The notes: generated from the sequence alone by a model not told the origin. Positions 10,484-20,683 are shown, counted from the stretch's first letter. The stretch is 64,000 bases of DNA from Spirochaetia bacterium (GCA_963662265.2 CAXXHA010000001.1:64001-128000); one strand, 5' to 3'. A program made the numbers and translations.

Positions 10484-10718
10484 TATTTAAACTCCTTTTA
10501 TATACAGACAGGTTTATTAAGTAGTCATATCCCTGCTTTAATTTCTCAGCAAAACAGACACATATAAAGCTCTGCAATACACCTGCATCTGTTTTAATTT
10601 GTTTTCAGGATCATCATCTATCAGCATACGGAGGTAATTCCGCAACAGCAATTTCAGATCCTGCAGTACAGACTGAAAGACTTCCATACTGTTTATACAG
10701 ACTGATAGAGGCCTGTTG

Positions 10719-13610
10719 TCAGAATCCAAGCAGAGTTCCGACCTGATACACAATTACAGCTATAATCCCTCCAAGAGCTACCGGGTAAACAACAGAAAAT
10801 GCCATCCACAGCCAGCTGCCAGTCTCGCTTTTTATAGTCATCATTACAGCGACACAGGGAGGGAACAACGCGATCAGAAGCATTATTACAAGACCATCCA
10901 ATGCACTGAGGCCTGTTTCGCCACCCTTAATTCTTTCTTCAAGCTGACTGCCGTCATCACCGCTTCCCGACTCAACGCTGTATATTGTTCCGAGAGTCGA
11001 GACAAGAGCTTCCTTCGCAGCAAAAGCGCCGAGCACAGCAACATTCACCCTCCAGTCAAATCCTGCAAGCCGGCTTACAGGCTCAAAAAACTTGCCGGTT
11101 CTTCCGAGAACAGATGATTCAAGAATTTCTTTTTTATATTCTCTTCTTAGCAGTTTCAAATCGGCATTAACAGAGCGGAGTACTTTTGCAGTCTTTTTAG
11201 CGTCACTATCAAGAACAGTATCACCTTTGATTTTCAAATCACCTGTCCTGACAATTGCAAAGAAATACGGATTAGCCTTCATCCATTTTGTATAGAAATC
11301 TGATTTAACCAGATCCCTGCTGCTTTCAGATGCATTGCTGTAACTTTCCTTAAACATATCAAAATCTTTTTCATATGATTCAAGATATGACTCAAAAAGC
11401 GGCATATTTTCCCCGAGAAAGATTTTCCCTTTAAGAACAATTTTTGCAAACTCGGGATTTTCGAGGAAAAACCTCGAGTTGATCTGTTTCCTGACTTTTT
11501 CAGATTTCAGAAGATTCATGGCGCTGGCAATTTTATACTTTTCTTCAAACTGCATATAATCAACAAGCTGCTTTTCTGATGCTATATACTTTGTATAGGG
11601 ATTTGACAGCTTTATACCGAATTCCTCAATCTTCCTTTCCTGTTCAGTAAAATACCTGCTTTCCGCTTCACTGCTAATACCAGGAAAAGTTATTCCGGCC
11701 CAGATAACAACAGAAACAGCAATAACAATAGTCACAACCTTCTGAATAAAATGCCAGAGTCTTTCCCAGGTTCTGACAACTATTCCGCTTAATGTCGGAA
11801 GATTGAAGGAAGGAAGCTCAAGAACAAAAGGTTCAACCTCTCCGTGAATAACATATGTACTGAGGAATTTCGCAACCAGAAGGGCAGTAATAAGGGTAAA
11901 AAAAGATAATCCTCCCAGAATAAGCCACTGGCTGTTTACAAAAAAGATACTTGTTATAAGCACATAAAACGGGATCTTCGCCATGCAGTTAAGAAGAGGA
12001 AGTATAAGTATTGTAACAAGACGTGATTTATTATCCCTGATAGTCCTGGTTGACATTACACCGGGGACAACACACCCTCCCATAATAACACCGGAGAGTA
12101 TCATGGGCAGAGTTGACTGCCCGTGAAGACCGAACTTCCTCAAGATCCTGTCCATAATAAAGGCAATTCTTGCCATATACCCGACATCTTCCAGAAATGC
12201 GACAAGAGCAAACAGGCAAAGAAATATGGGAAGGTAGTTTAGAATCATTATCGCGCCGTCTATTACACCATTAAGGAGAAGCCCCCTGAGAAGTCCCCCT
12301 TCAACAATGCCGTCAGGAGGAATAAGCTGCGACACAACTGATCTGAAAAACTGGAAAACAGGAAATACCTTGTCTGTCATCCTGTATCCGAGTATTACAG
12401 TTATCCAGTAGAACACAAGAATCAGTTCAAGCAGGATAAGTGGTCCGTAAACCCTGTGACACAGCACCTGGTCAACCCTGTCTGTCCTGTTGACAGACAA
12501 TCCCTCTCTGTAAATTTTCAAAGCTCCGTATGTAAACAGGACTGAGAAAAATGAGGAAAAAAACCATCTGAAGAGATTATAATTTCCCGGATTATCAAAA
12601 ACCGCTATCCAGGAAAATGAAAAGTTTCTTAAAAACCCGAAAACACTATCAACAATACTGTTCAGAATAAACACAGAAACAAAACACAGGATTCCCATGC
12701 CTATTGAAAGGAAGGCTTTTTCCCTGGTCCTGTTTTTTTCAATAGATTGATCATCCAGCTCAATTTTTTTAACACATTTTTTTACTATTCTTTTGGCAGC
12801 AAAAGATCTGGCAAGCGCAATTTCTATCTCGAAACTGTGGCCGTGTTCTTTTTTATGTTCTTCCTCAAGCTTGTCGACAAGAGACAGAATAGAGTCAAAA
12901 TCTGAAAAATTCTCCCGCTGCTCCTTAATAACTTTCTCATCATGCTCTATCAGCTTTACTGCAAGCCATTTTAAAGGCAGATCCCTGTCAATTCTCTCAT
13001 TACCCTCAAGAGCAGCTTCAATCTTCCTTATCTGGGGTTCCATTCTTTCACTGTAATCAAGCTGATAAGGATTTATATCTATATTCTTGCGGTAAACATC
13101 ACGAATTACATTTTTGAGATCATCTATATACTGTTTTTTCTTTGCACTTCCGGAAATTACAGGAATACCAAGTTCCTTTTCCAGAAGTTTACTGTCTACC
13201 AGAAGACCGCTGCTTTCCGCTACATCCATTTTGTTCAAGTACATTACAACAGGTCGCCCCATTTCAAGAATCTGAAATGTAAGATAAAGCTGTCTTTCAA
13301 GATTTGAACCATCAGCAATATTGACAATTACTTCAGGCTTTTCATTTAAAATAAAATCACGGGAAACTCTTTCCTCTGGAGAATATGAAGTAAGGCTGTA
13401 TGTCCCCGGAAGGTCAGTAATACAAACCTCGCTCCCGTTGTATGTATATTCTCCGGTCTTTTTCTCAACAGTTATACCGGGGTAGTTTGCAACATGCTGC
13501 CTTGCCCCTGTCATCATATTAAAAAGTGTCGATTTGCCTGAATTAGGCTGCCCTGCAAAAGCTATATTACAACTGTTAACTGCTGTGGTAATTTCTGAAG
13601 TATTACTCAT
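10719..13610 (-). CDS. feoB: Ferrous iron transporter FeoB, enlarged (963 aa)
   Basis: GQPNSGKS, VANYPGITVE, DLPGTYSL and NKMD GTPase motifs; EDVGYMARIAF, ELPSF, FAAKE and PPC membrane motifs. Confidence 0.96.
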   Translation of the reverse strand: MSNTSEITTAVNSCNIAFAGQPNSGKSTLFNMMTGARQHVANYPGITVEKKTGEYTYNGSEVCITDLPGTYSLTSYSPEERVSRDFILNEKPEVIVNIADGSNLERQLYLTFQILEMGRPVVMYLNKMDVAESSGLLVDSKLLEKELGIPVISGSAKKKQYIDDLKNVIRDVYRKNIDINPYQLDYSERMEPQIRKIEAALEGNERIDRDLPLKWLAVKLIEHDEKVIKEQRENFSDFDSILSLVDKLEEEHKKEHGHSFEIEIALARSFAAKRIVKKCVKKIELDDQSIEKNRTREKAFLSIGMGILCFVSVFILNSIVDSVFGFLRNFSFSWIAVFDNPGNYNLFRWFFSSFFSVLFTYGALKIYREGLSVNRTDRVDQVLCHRVYGPLILLELILVFYWITVILGYRMTDKVFPVFQFFRSVVSQLIPPDGIVEGGLLRGLLLNGVIDGAIMILNYLPIFLCLFALVAFLEDVGYMARIAFIMDRILRKFGLHGQSTLPMILSGVIMGGCVVPGVMSTRTIRDNKSRLVTILILPLLNCMAKIPFYVLITSIFFVNSQWLILGGLSFFTLITALLVAKFLSTYVIHGEVEPFVLELPSFNLPTLSGIVVRTWERLWHFIQKVVTIVIAVSVVIWAGITFPGISSEAESRYFTEQERKIEEFGIKLSNPYTKYIASEKQLVDYMQFEEKYKIASAMNLLKSEKVRKQINSRFFLENPEFAKIVLKGKIFLGENMPLFESYLESYEKDFDMFKESYSNASESSRDLVKSDFYTKWMKANPYFFAIVRTGDLKIKGDTVLDSDAKKTAKVLRSVNADLKLLRREYKKEILESSVLGRTGKFFEPVSRLAGFDWRVNVAVLGAFAAKEALVSTLGTIYSVESGSGDDGSQLEERIKGGETGLSALDGLVIMLLIALFPPCVAVMMTIKSETGSWLWMAFSVVYPVALGGIIAVIVYQVGTLLGF

Positions 13611-13846
13611 AATACCTCTACCTTTATCTGTTTTGCCTCATTTTCTCTTATAGCAACTTTAGATCCGCAGACCATTACATCAAACGGATCAAGAAAAGGA
13701 GCTCTTCTTACAACAACAGCCTCTTCTCCGGGAGTAAAACCGAGACTGACAAGTCTCTGCAGAGTAATACCTGAAACAGCTATTTCCCTGATAACACATT
13801 TTTCCCCCTGTTTCATCTCATTAAGTGTACTCATTATATTTCCCAT
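13607..13846 (-). CDS. feoA: FeoA
   Basis: QRLVSLGFTPG...APFLDP...AIRENEA. Confidence 0.93.
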   Translation of the reverse strand: MGNIMSTLNEMKQGEKCVIREIAVSGITLQRLVSLGFTPGEEAVVVRRAPFLDPFDVMVCGSKVAIRENEAKQIKVEVL

Positions 13847-13852
13847 CTCCTT

Positions 13853-14083
13853 CTACAAAGGCTGTACCATGATTTTTACAGCCAGATTATAGTCAATTGC
13901 ATATCTTGAGCCATTTACGCTTACAAGGACAGGTCCGTTAATATCTGCCTGTGACGTAACAACAGAAAGCGGAGTATTTATATCAATCCCCATACTTCTT
14001 ATCCTTGTAAAACTGCTTCCATTTTCTTCAAAAAATTTAACAACAGCATTATCACCGGACTGCAGCATAATTAATGGCAGCAT
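13853..14083 (-). CDS. feoA: FeoA-family protein (second copy)
   Basis: MLPL start after GGAGGAG; RIRSMGI...GPVLVSVNGSRYAI...AVKIMV. Confidence 0.85.
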   Translation of the reverse strand: MLPLIMLQSGDNAVVKFFEENGSSFTRIRSMGIDINTPLSVVTSQADINGPVLVSVNGSRYAIDYNLAVKIMVQPL

Positions 14084-14163
14084 ACCTGTCTCCTCCCCGT
14101 AAGTTATACGAACAAAATGCATCTATTACAGAACACTAGCTCATTATTACTTTTCTAATATTA

Positions 14164-14177
14164 TTAGTCAAGACTAA
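14164..14177. promoter_or_regulatory. TTAG-N6-CTAA box in feo promoter
   Basis: TTATTAGTCAAGACTAATAA near-perfect palindrome directly downstream of a TTGCCT -35. Confidence 0.8.
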
Positions 14178-14359
14178 TAATAAGGCAAAAAAATCACCAT
14201 ACCCCTGCGGATTCTTACTTACAACTCTTACAGGACATATGATTACAAATACAGCCGGGACTAAACTCCCGGCTAAGCATCATTTCATGAATTATCAGAG
14301 CCTGCCAATCTTTAAAATATCCTGAATCAATCAACTCTCAAAACAGGGAATCTGATGAA

Positions 14360-14791
14360 TTATTCTTCACCCCTGAGTTTGTTTTCCCATTTTCTTATCT
14401 TCTTCTTATTCTCTTTAATAGCAGTTTCCCAGTCCTCTTTCTCCTCATCCATAAGCTTCGGACCTTTTACAGTTGCGATATGCCCGGGACCTGCATCAAA
14501 AACAACAACATACTTTGAAGCGGAAGGCTTGACAATTTCCATACAACCTGTTTCATCGAGACTGCCTGCAAAAAGGATTTTTTTCCCCTCCCAGCTTTTT
14601 TCAGATCCTGTATAAGCTTTATCTTCAACAATCAGCACCGGAAGCCGGGAAGCTGATGCCCCGTTGGAAAATCCCCCTTCAATAAATATTGTACCGTCTT
14701 CATTATCTTCAATAAATAAAAGAGGTGTATGCGCCCATACGCATACAATGCTGAAAAACAGCAGCGCTGAACATATTGCAAACTTCTTCAT
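14360..14791 (-). CDS. FpvJ-like exported protein, soluble paralog
   Basis: Signal peptide, then HTPLLFIEDNEDG...GGFSNG...FDAGPGH; paralog of 9929-10483. Confidence 0.72.
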   Translation of the reverse strand: MKKFAICSALLFFSIVCVWAHTPLLFIEDNEDGTIFIEGGFSNGASASRLPVLIVEDKAYTGSEKSWEGKKILFAGSLDETGCMEIVKPSASKYVVVFDAGPGHIATVKGPKLMDEEKEDWETAIKENKKKIRKWENKLRGEE

Positions 14792-14793
14792 AA

Positions 14794-15303
14794 TTATTCT
14801 CCTTCATAATCTGTTTCAACTGCCTGAATAATGCATTCAAGAACTGCAGCCGAAGTTATTGTAGCGCCGGAAACATCATCTATACCGCAACCATCAAATT
14901 CATACTTGTTATACGGCACATTGCTGCAGTCAAGGCCAATAAACTGATCAAGCCAGCTTTCTTTCAGGCATTTTCCTGCAATTTCCGGAGTTTCTTTTTT
15001 TGCCTCATAGGCAATCACTTTGTTTATTTTTTTTTCATTATCAAGACAGATAAGACATTTCACAGGACCGGCATACCCTTTCTCACTGCCGAAATAGGCA
15101 TATCCGAGAAGGTTGCTGCTTTTATCGCTGATTCTGTAATAAACAGATTTGCCTGATTTTATTTCATCAATACTTTTTGTGTGTTTAAAAACATATTTAA
15201 TTCTCTGAACAGAAAACCTGTCCAGAGAATTCACAGGAAATATTAAACATAAGATGAACAAAACTGAAAATAATACTGTTATTAGTTTTTTCCGATTATT
15301 CAT
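14794..15303 (-). CDS. FMN-binding (RnfG/NqrC-like) flavinylation-domain protein
   Basis: ATG at 15303 after AGGAG; N-terminal TM; GYAGP, ETP and the DDVSGATITS covalent-FMN motif. Confidence 0.85.
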   Translation of the reverse strand: MNNRKKLITVLFSVLFILCLIFPVNSLDRFSVQRIKYVFKHTKSIDEIKSGKSVYYRISDKSSNLLGYAYFGSEKGYAGPVKCLICLDNEKKINKVIAYEAKKETPEIAGKCLKESWLDQFIGLDCSNVPYNKYEFDGCGIDDVSGATITSAAVLECIIQAVETDYEGE

Positions 15304-15322
15304 GCCTTGACTTCTCCTGTTT

Positions 15323-16279
15323 TTAAAGAGAACTGAAAGCTTCAATCCATTTTGTGAGGATTTCAGGATACTCAAAAACATCAGATCCGATAAACCACGG
15401 AAGGTCTGTGATAATTTTATTATTTTTAATTGCAGGGATATCTCCGAGTTCAGGATTTTTTGAGACAGCTTTATCAATAGCTTTTACAAGACCTTCTCTG
15501 GCTCCGAAAAGAACAATAACATCAGGATTTGCTTCTTTCAGAACAGAAAGATCAAGAACAGGAAAATAACCTTTAACAATCTGGTTTTTGTTTGTATTAA
15601 GCTTGTCACTTATATTTGAACAGCCGAATGGCTCAAGAAAGTATTGATCTGTATAAAATCCTTTTGATTCTGCGCTGATAAATATTCTGCCTGTATCAGC
15701 CTTTTCAATACCTCTCAGCACTACTACATTCGTACCTGGGTTTACAGAACTGATCTTTTTTTCCGCTGCCGCAAGATCTCTCCTGTATTTTTTTACAAGT
15801 TTTTTACCCTCTTTTTCCTTTCCGAAATATTCAGCAACAGCCATTATTCCCTCTTCCGGACTTTCGGAGAAATCAAAAGTTTCTATTTTTACATTTTTGT
15901 CTTTGATAACTGGAACTATCTTCATACAGTCTGCTTTCTTCATGAGAACACAGAAGTTGTCATTTTTCTCAACAAGTACTGTATCAAGACTGTATTTATC
16001 AATCATTGCGGGAAGAATAGTCTTGTCCTTCATTGTTACTTTAACAGGACAACCGACAAGTTTGGCAGGATATTCTTTTGCCTTTGGCCACTGGCTGGCT
16101 CTTACCGACATGACTTTCGGCATATACCCGAGCCTTGCTGCAACATTCATTACCCTGTCGCCTACAACAGCAGCATTAATTGTCTCATATACTGCTTTAT
16201 CAGCACTTTCTGAATCTTCAACTGTAGCACATCCGGCAAGCAGAATAACTGCTGCCAGCAATATTATACTTTTTTTCAA
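15323..16279 (-). CDS. Fe-chelate/TroA-superfamily substrate-binding lipoprotein
   Basis: Lipobox LAGC; EANPDVIV and IPAIKNNKI class III SBP motifs. Confidence 0.78.
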   Translation of the reverse strand: MKKSIILLAAVILLAGCATVEDSESADKAVYETINAAVVGDRVMNVAARLGYMPKVMSVRASQWPKAKEYPAKLVGCPVKVTMKDKTILPAMIDKYSLDTVLVEKNDNFCVLMKKADCMKIVPVIKDKNVKIETFDFSESPEEGIMAVAEYFGKEKEGKKLVKKYRRDLAAAEKKISSVNPGTNVVVLRGIEKADTGRIFISAESKGFYTDQYFLEPFGCSNISDKLNTNKNQIVKGYFPVLDLSVLKEANPDVIVLFGAREGLVKAIDKAVSKNPELGDIPAIKNNKIITDLPWFIGSDVFEYPEILTKWIEAFSSL

Positions 16280-16313
16280 AATAAAAACCCCTTATTAGAC
16301 TGGTATTTAATTA

Positions 16314-16341
16314 TTAGATGCATCTAATTCATAATGTCTAA
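16314..16341. promoter_or_regulatory. TTAG-N6-CTAA box plus adjacent degenerate copy
   Basis: Perfect palindrome TTAGATGCATCTAA (16314-16327) followed by TTCATAATGTCTAA, upstream of the SBP operon. Confidence 0.78.
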
Positions 16342-16474
16342 TAAAACAATTTTACTCAAGCGTTATTGCATTTTTTTTGATAGATAAAAGATAAAAACCC
16401 GCTATTTTTTATAAGGAAAAAATTCCACATGTCAGAAGATTATTATTTGAGCATTAAACCAGGTAAAGATATAT

Positions 16475-19400
16475 TTATTTCAGGGTCCTGCTGACCCGCC
16501 CGTAAAGGTCATGGTCAATGCTGTTATAGATTACAGGTGAATCAAGAGACATATTGTCGCTGCTGTAGGGAACAACGCTTTTTGCATAAGTACTGTTCTT
16601 CCATCCCGAATTGAGAAGGATCCATTTCATGTTGAGCTGTGCAAGCGGCTTTGTAAGTGTCTTATCCATAGTCACAGGATCACGCATTAAAGTATCATAA
16701 AGCTCTGATGACTGTGACAGATATACAAGAGATTTTGAATAGTATTCCTGGTTATGATTTTTCTCAGCAAGTTTAAAAAGGGTAACTCCCTGGTTGTTAT
16801 AAACCTGCATCAATTTTTCAAGAACTTCCCGCTGGTCCTTTCTTCTGTCAAGATCAAATACTTTTTCATGTTCCCGCCAGTATTCCATCTTTTCTATCAC
16901 ACGGTCATAGTAGGCCTTTGCAGGGGAGAAAACATCATAGTTGAATGAAGCATTGGCAAATGCAAACAGAGCAGCTTCATTTTCTCTCGCATTCAGCGAT
17001 ATGTCATAGAATTTTTCTGCTGCCTTGCTGTAGTTTCTGTTCTTGTAGTTGATAAACCCTATTTTATAATCAAGATTATCTGTTTTATACCCGGTATTAA
17101 ATGCCTTTGCATAATATTTAAGAGCTTCGTTGTATTTTCCCGCGTTATAATAATATACATCACCGAGATCCTCATATATATGACCGTAGGAAGCTGTATC
17201 ACCGGGAAGAGGATAATATTTTTCAAACCTGTCGACAGCTTTTTTATAATAACGCTGGGCATCCAGGATTTCATTATCATTATAATAGAATTTTCCGAGC
17301 CTGTTCTGGGTTAAAATATCCATACGGTTACGCTGGGAAACAGCATAGTTATATGAATGCGGATAATTATCGCGTATGTAACCCATATCTGTTTTATTCA
17401 AAAGATTTTCTATTGTACTCAAGGCTCTCCTTTCAAGATCTTTCTTTTCCATTCTGTTCCAGTATCTTGAAAGCTGATAGTGAGGTTCGATCAGGTTCTT
17501 GTCCTGGTTTGAAACAGAGATCAGTTTTTCTTCAACACCGTCAAGATTATCATGATCAATCATATACCTGTAATAATCTGCAATCATGTAGGAATCTGCA
17601 TATTTCTCTTTTATGTTTTCAACATAATTCCTGAATTCTCCAAGAATTGAATAATATTTTCTGGCATCAACAGATTTCGCTTCTCCTGCTTCAACATCGG
17701 AGAGTGCTTTTTCCTCTAAAATATTGATTTTACCGGAATGAAAATAATATGCCATTTTTCTGAAAATCAACCCCGGTTTGTTGCCGAATTTGGAAAGTGA
17801 ATCATTAAGAACATATTCTGCAGAATCAAACTGCTTGTTTTCCAGTTCCCCCCAGTTAAGGAAATTATCTATCCTGGCAAGGAGAGCTTCATAATCCCAC
17901 TTGTTTCCTTTCTGCAGGATAAAATCATCAAGAATCCTGTCACTTTCAGCATATTCACCCATATAGAATGTTTTTAAAACTGCAAAATCAAGAAATCCTT
18001 TCTTGTCGGTCGGGAAATAACCTGTATGCTGATCTTTCCGGCTTTTCTCCCGTTCACTGCTCAGCGCACGACCGAGCATTTCTGTATATTTCTGTTCGGC
18101 ACGTGTATATTCTCTCCTTTCAATATAACCTTCGGCATACCTGTAAAACTGTTTTTTAAACGGTTTCAGCCTGCTTGCCTTGTTAAACAGCCTGTCAGAT
18201 GCTTTGTAATTTTCATTTTCAAGCTGCTCAAACCCCCTGTTATAAAGATAGGATGAATAAACAGGATCATATACCTGCTTTTTAATGACAAAAACAGTAA
18301 AGAAAAGAGCTACTGTAAAAAGAGCAACCTTGCCTGCGTAAGGAAGAATCTGGTGCCTGAGAATATAGGCAAAAGTCTTTTTTTCCTCTTCAAGCTCTTC
18401 CCATGTTTTTCTTTCATACTGTGAAGGGATTCTTATTTTTCTGCCGGTGATTTTTTCAGCAAGACCTGCTATTTCCTTTACAGATGCACCTGTTGCAAGT
18501 TTATCCACAAGGTTATTGAGCCTTTTACCGGATAGTCCCTTGTTGCCGATTAAATCTTCGATAGTAAGTTTCAGGTTTCTCGGCAGCTGATTAAGAGTAT
18601 CTGTTACACGTCCGAGTTTCTCCTGATCTATGCTGAACTCAAGGTCTTCTTCTGCAGTCTCGGGAACAGCGTAATCCTGTCCGCCTGAAAAATCACCCGC
18701 CCCCGGGCTTTCAGGAATTATTTCCTCTTCTATCTCTTCAAGACTTGAATATTCCTCGCCAAGGTCTTCAAGGCTGAATTCATCAGCCTCTCCAGCTGAG
18801 GCTTCAGGAGCAGCGCTGATATCTCCGACATCTTCAAGATCTCCAAGATCTTCAAGACTGCCAAGGCTGTCTTCCCCTTCCAGATCATCATCAGGAGTTA
18901 TTTCAAATTCATCATCAAGGGATATATCTTCTAGCGAGCCGAGATCAAACTCTTCATCTGATTCAGCAGCCGGTTCTGCCTGGGGAAGTTCTGCGGATTC
19001 TTCCGCAGCTGTTTCAGGTTCCAGATCTGCATCAAGGTCCTCGGGAAGGTCAAAATCTTCAAATTCGGAAACATCATCCTGAGACTCCTCTGAAATATCA
19101 GGAATTTCAAAATCTTCAGTTTCACTTTCAAAACTTTCAATATCTGTATCGCCCCTTCCTTCGGCAGGTTCAGGCGGCATTTCGAATTCTTCATCAATTC
19201 CGGCATCCTGGGGAACTTCATCAAAAACAGGTTCTTCTGCTAAATCTGCTGTCTCTGCTCCATCATCAAGGTCATCAGGGAGATCAAAGGCTTCCAGTTC
19301 ACCAGCATCAAAATCAAGCCCTTCATCAAACTCATCTGAAACAGCTTCCTCCCCTTCCAGCAGTGAAAAATCTGAATCAGGAACATCAGTCATACCGGAA

Positions 19401-20224
19401 AAATCATCAGCAGAAGACTCATCGAAAGGCGGCGCAGCTTCATCCGGGGTTATAATATCATCAGGCATCAAATCTTCCGAAGTTTCTTCAGAAGAAATCA
19501 CATCTGCCTGTTCTGAATCAATATCAGGAATTGAAAAATCCTCACCAAGATCTGATATATCAAAATCTCCGGCTTCGGAAGGCTCAATATTACCGAAATC
19601 TTCTATAGTTCCGCCGATTTCCTCAGCTGATTCTTCAGGAGCTGCAAATTCCTCAGATGACGGAATATCAAAACTCTCCGGTTCAATATCACCGATATCA
19701 GAAGTGTCTGAAATTAAATCCTCATCAAGATCAAGATCTTCAGGCATATCAAACATACCCGACATATCTTCTGATAAGTCTTCAGAAGCTTCACCTTCAG
19801 CAGTTTCTGGTAATTCTTCAAGATCCGGAAGTGAAAAATCCTCTTCAGCTGTTTCAGCAACAAGCTCATCAGACATTAGATCGCTTTCAATATCAGATTC
19901 AGAACTTTCAAACATTGAATCAAGATCAGGAATACTGCCGGTTTCATCGAAAGCAGAAGTCTCAGGACCTGTTTCACCTTCATCGGGCAAAGATCCAAGA
20001 TCAGTATCAAAAACATCGGGAGATTCGCCTTCACCGGGAATTACATCAGAAGATTCAGCAACATCTGAGATATCATTGAGAAGGGCAGAAATATCATCAG
20101 GCACACCCTGTTCAGGAGGGGGTATATCTACAATTTTCTCCCCGCGCTCAGCAAGTATCTGCTCTTCGTTTCCCAGTGAGTTAATTTGTCTTTTAAACTG
20201 CTCAATATCTTCTAACTTAGGCAT
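16475..20224 (-). CDS. flcA: Periplasmic-flagellum collar protein FlcA-like (acidic region, TM, TPRs)
   Basis: MPKLEDIEQFK N-terminus, long D/E-rich region, LNQLPRNLK segment, single TM, C-terminal TPRs: spirochaete FlcA architecture. Confidence 0.75.
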   Translation of the reverse strand: MPKLEDIEQFKRQINSLGNEEQILAERGEKIVDIPPPEQGVPDDISALLNDISDVAESSDVIPGEGESPDVFDTDLGSLPDEGETGPETSAFDETGSIPDLDSMFESSESDIESDLMSDELVAETAEEDFSLPDLEELPETAEGEASEDLSEDMSGMFDMPEDLDLDEDLISDTSDIGDIEPESFDIPSSEEFAAPEESAEEIGGTIEDFGNIEPSEAGDFDISDLGEDFSIPDIDSEQADVISSEETSEDLMPDDIITPDEAAPPFDESSADDFSGMTDVPDSDFSLLEGEEAVSDEFDEGLDFDAGELEAFDLPDDLDDGAETADLAEEPVFDEVPQDAGIDEEFEMPPEPAEGRGDTDIESFESETEDFEIPDISEESQDDVSEFEDFDLPEDLDADLEPETAAEESAELPQAEPAAESDEEFDLGSLEDISLDDEFEITPDDDLEGEDSLGSLEDLGDLEDVGDISAAPEASAGEADEFSLEDLGEEYSSLEEIEEEIIPESPGAGDFSGGQDYAVPETAEEDLEFSIDQEKLGRVTDTLNQLPRNLKLTIEDLIGNKGLSGKRLNNLVDKLATGASVKEIAGLAEKITGRKIRIPSQYERKTWEELEEEKKTFAYILRHQILPYAGKVALFTVALFFTVFVIKKQVYDPVYSSYLYNRGFEQLENENYKASDRLFNKASRLKPFKKQFYRYAEGYIERREYTRAEQKYTEMLGRALSSEREKSRKDQHTGYFPTDKKGFLDFAVLKTFYMGEYAESDRILDDFILQKGNKWDYEALLARIDNFLNWGELENKQFDSAEYVLNDSLSKFGNKPGLIFRKMAYYFHSGKINILEEKALSDVEAGEAKSVDARKYYSILGEFRNYVENIKEKYADSYMIADYYRYMIDHDNLDGVEEKLISVSNQDKNLIEPHYQLSRYWNRMEKKDLERRALSTIENLLNKTDMGYIRDNYPHSYNYAVSQRNRMDILTQNRLGKFYYNDNEILDAQRYYKKAVDRFEKYYPLPGDTASYGHIYEDLGDVYYYNAGKYNEALKYYAKAFNTGYKTDNLDYKIGFINYKNRNYSKAAEKFYDISLNARENEAALFAFANASFNYDVFSPAKAYYDRVIEKMEYWREHEKVFDLDRRKDQREVLEKLMQVYNNQGVTLFKLAEKNHNQEYYSKSLVYLSQSSELYDTLMRDPVTMDKTLTKPLAQLNMKWILLNSGWKNSTYAKSVVPYSSDNMSLDSPVIYNSIDHDLYGRVSRTLK

Positions 20225-20512
20225 AAATCCCTTATTCAGAATGTCGGAAAAGTGGGAATACTTACTTAGGCCGAAATTCCTAATTTTGTTATTTTATGCA
20301 ATTTTTTTACTTCATATCGAAAATATAAATTGTTATTACAAACCGCAGTATATTTTTACCCGGATAAAATTATTATTTCCAATTATAAAACAGGTAAAAC
20401 AAATACAAACTGCCGGCTCAGTTAAACTCTATACTATTTTAATAAATAAAAAAAGCTTAAAAACAATAGCGTGATCAGATGTTTATTATTGAGAACGCTG
20501 TATATGGTTATT

Positions 20513-20683
20513 AAAAAAGCGGTATTCAGGTGAATACCGCTTTATGAAAAAACAGGAAGTTTAATGTCTTACATTCAGCGTTTATGACGGATAAAAGCTG
20601 AATACTCTGTGTATCCCAATACACATCAATTAATAGGAGTGTGATGAGTCTAACTTTAGTTATCTATTAAAGTTAGACTCATC
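20513..20683 (-). ncRNA. Candidate iron-regulated small RNA (~170 nt)
   Basis: Four hairpins, the last an intrinsic terminator with a U6 tail. -10 candidates and a TTAG-N6-CTAA box lie at the predicted start. No ORF of note on this strand. Confidence 0.6.

Noticed and set aside
10538-10753. 71-aa ORF after feoB
   Set aside because: Overlaps the feoB end, has no clear RBS and no recognisable motif.
18600-20474. Repetitive D/E-rich DNA and long antisense ORFs (19657-20079, 19704-20474)
   Set aside because: Low-complexity coding region of flcA; the antisense ORFs are shadows and there is no repeat-spacer periodicity.
20635-20670. Plus-strand AGGAG + ATG micro-ORF MSLTLVIY*
   Set aside because: Only 8 codons with short SD spacing, and it is the complement of the proposed anti-SD. 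Promoter, box and U-tail polarity favour the minus strand. Not fully excluded.
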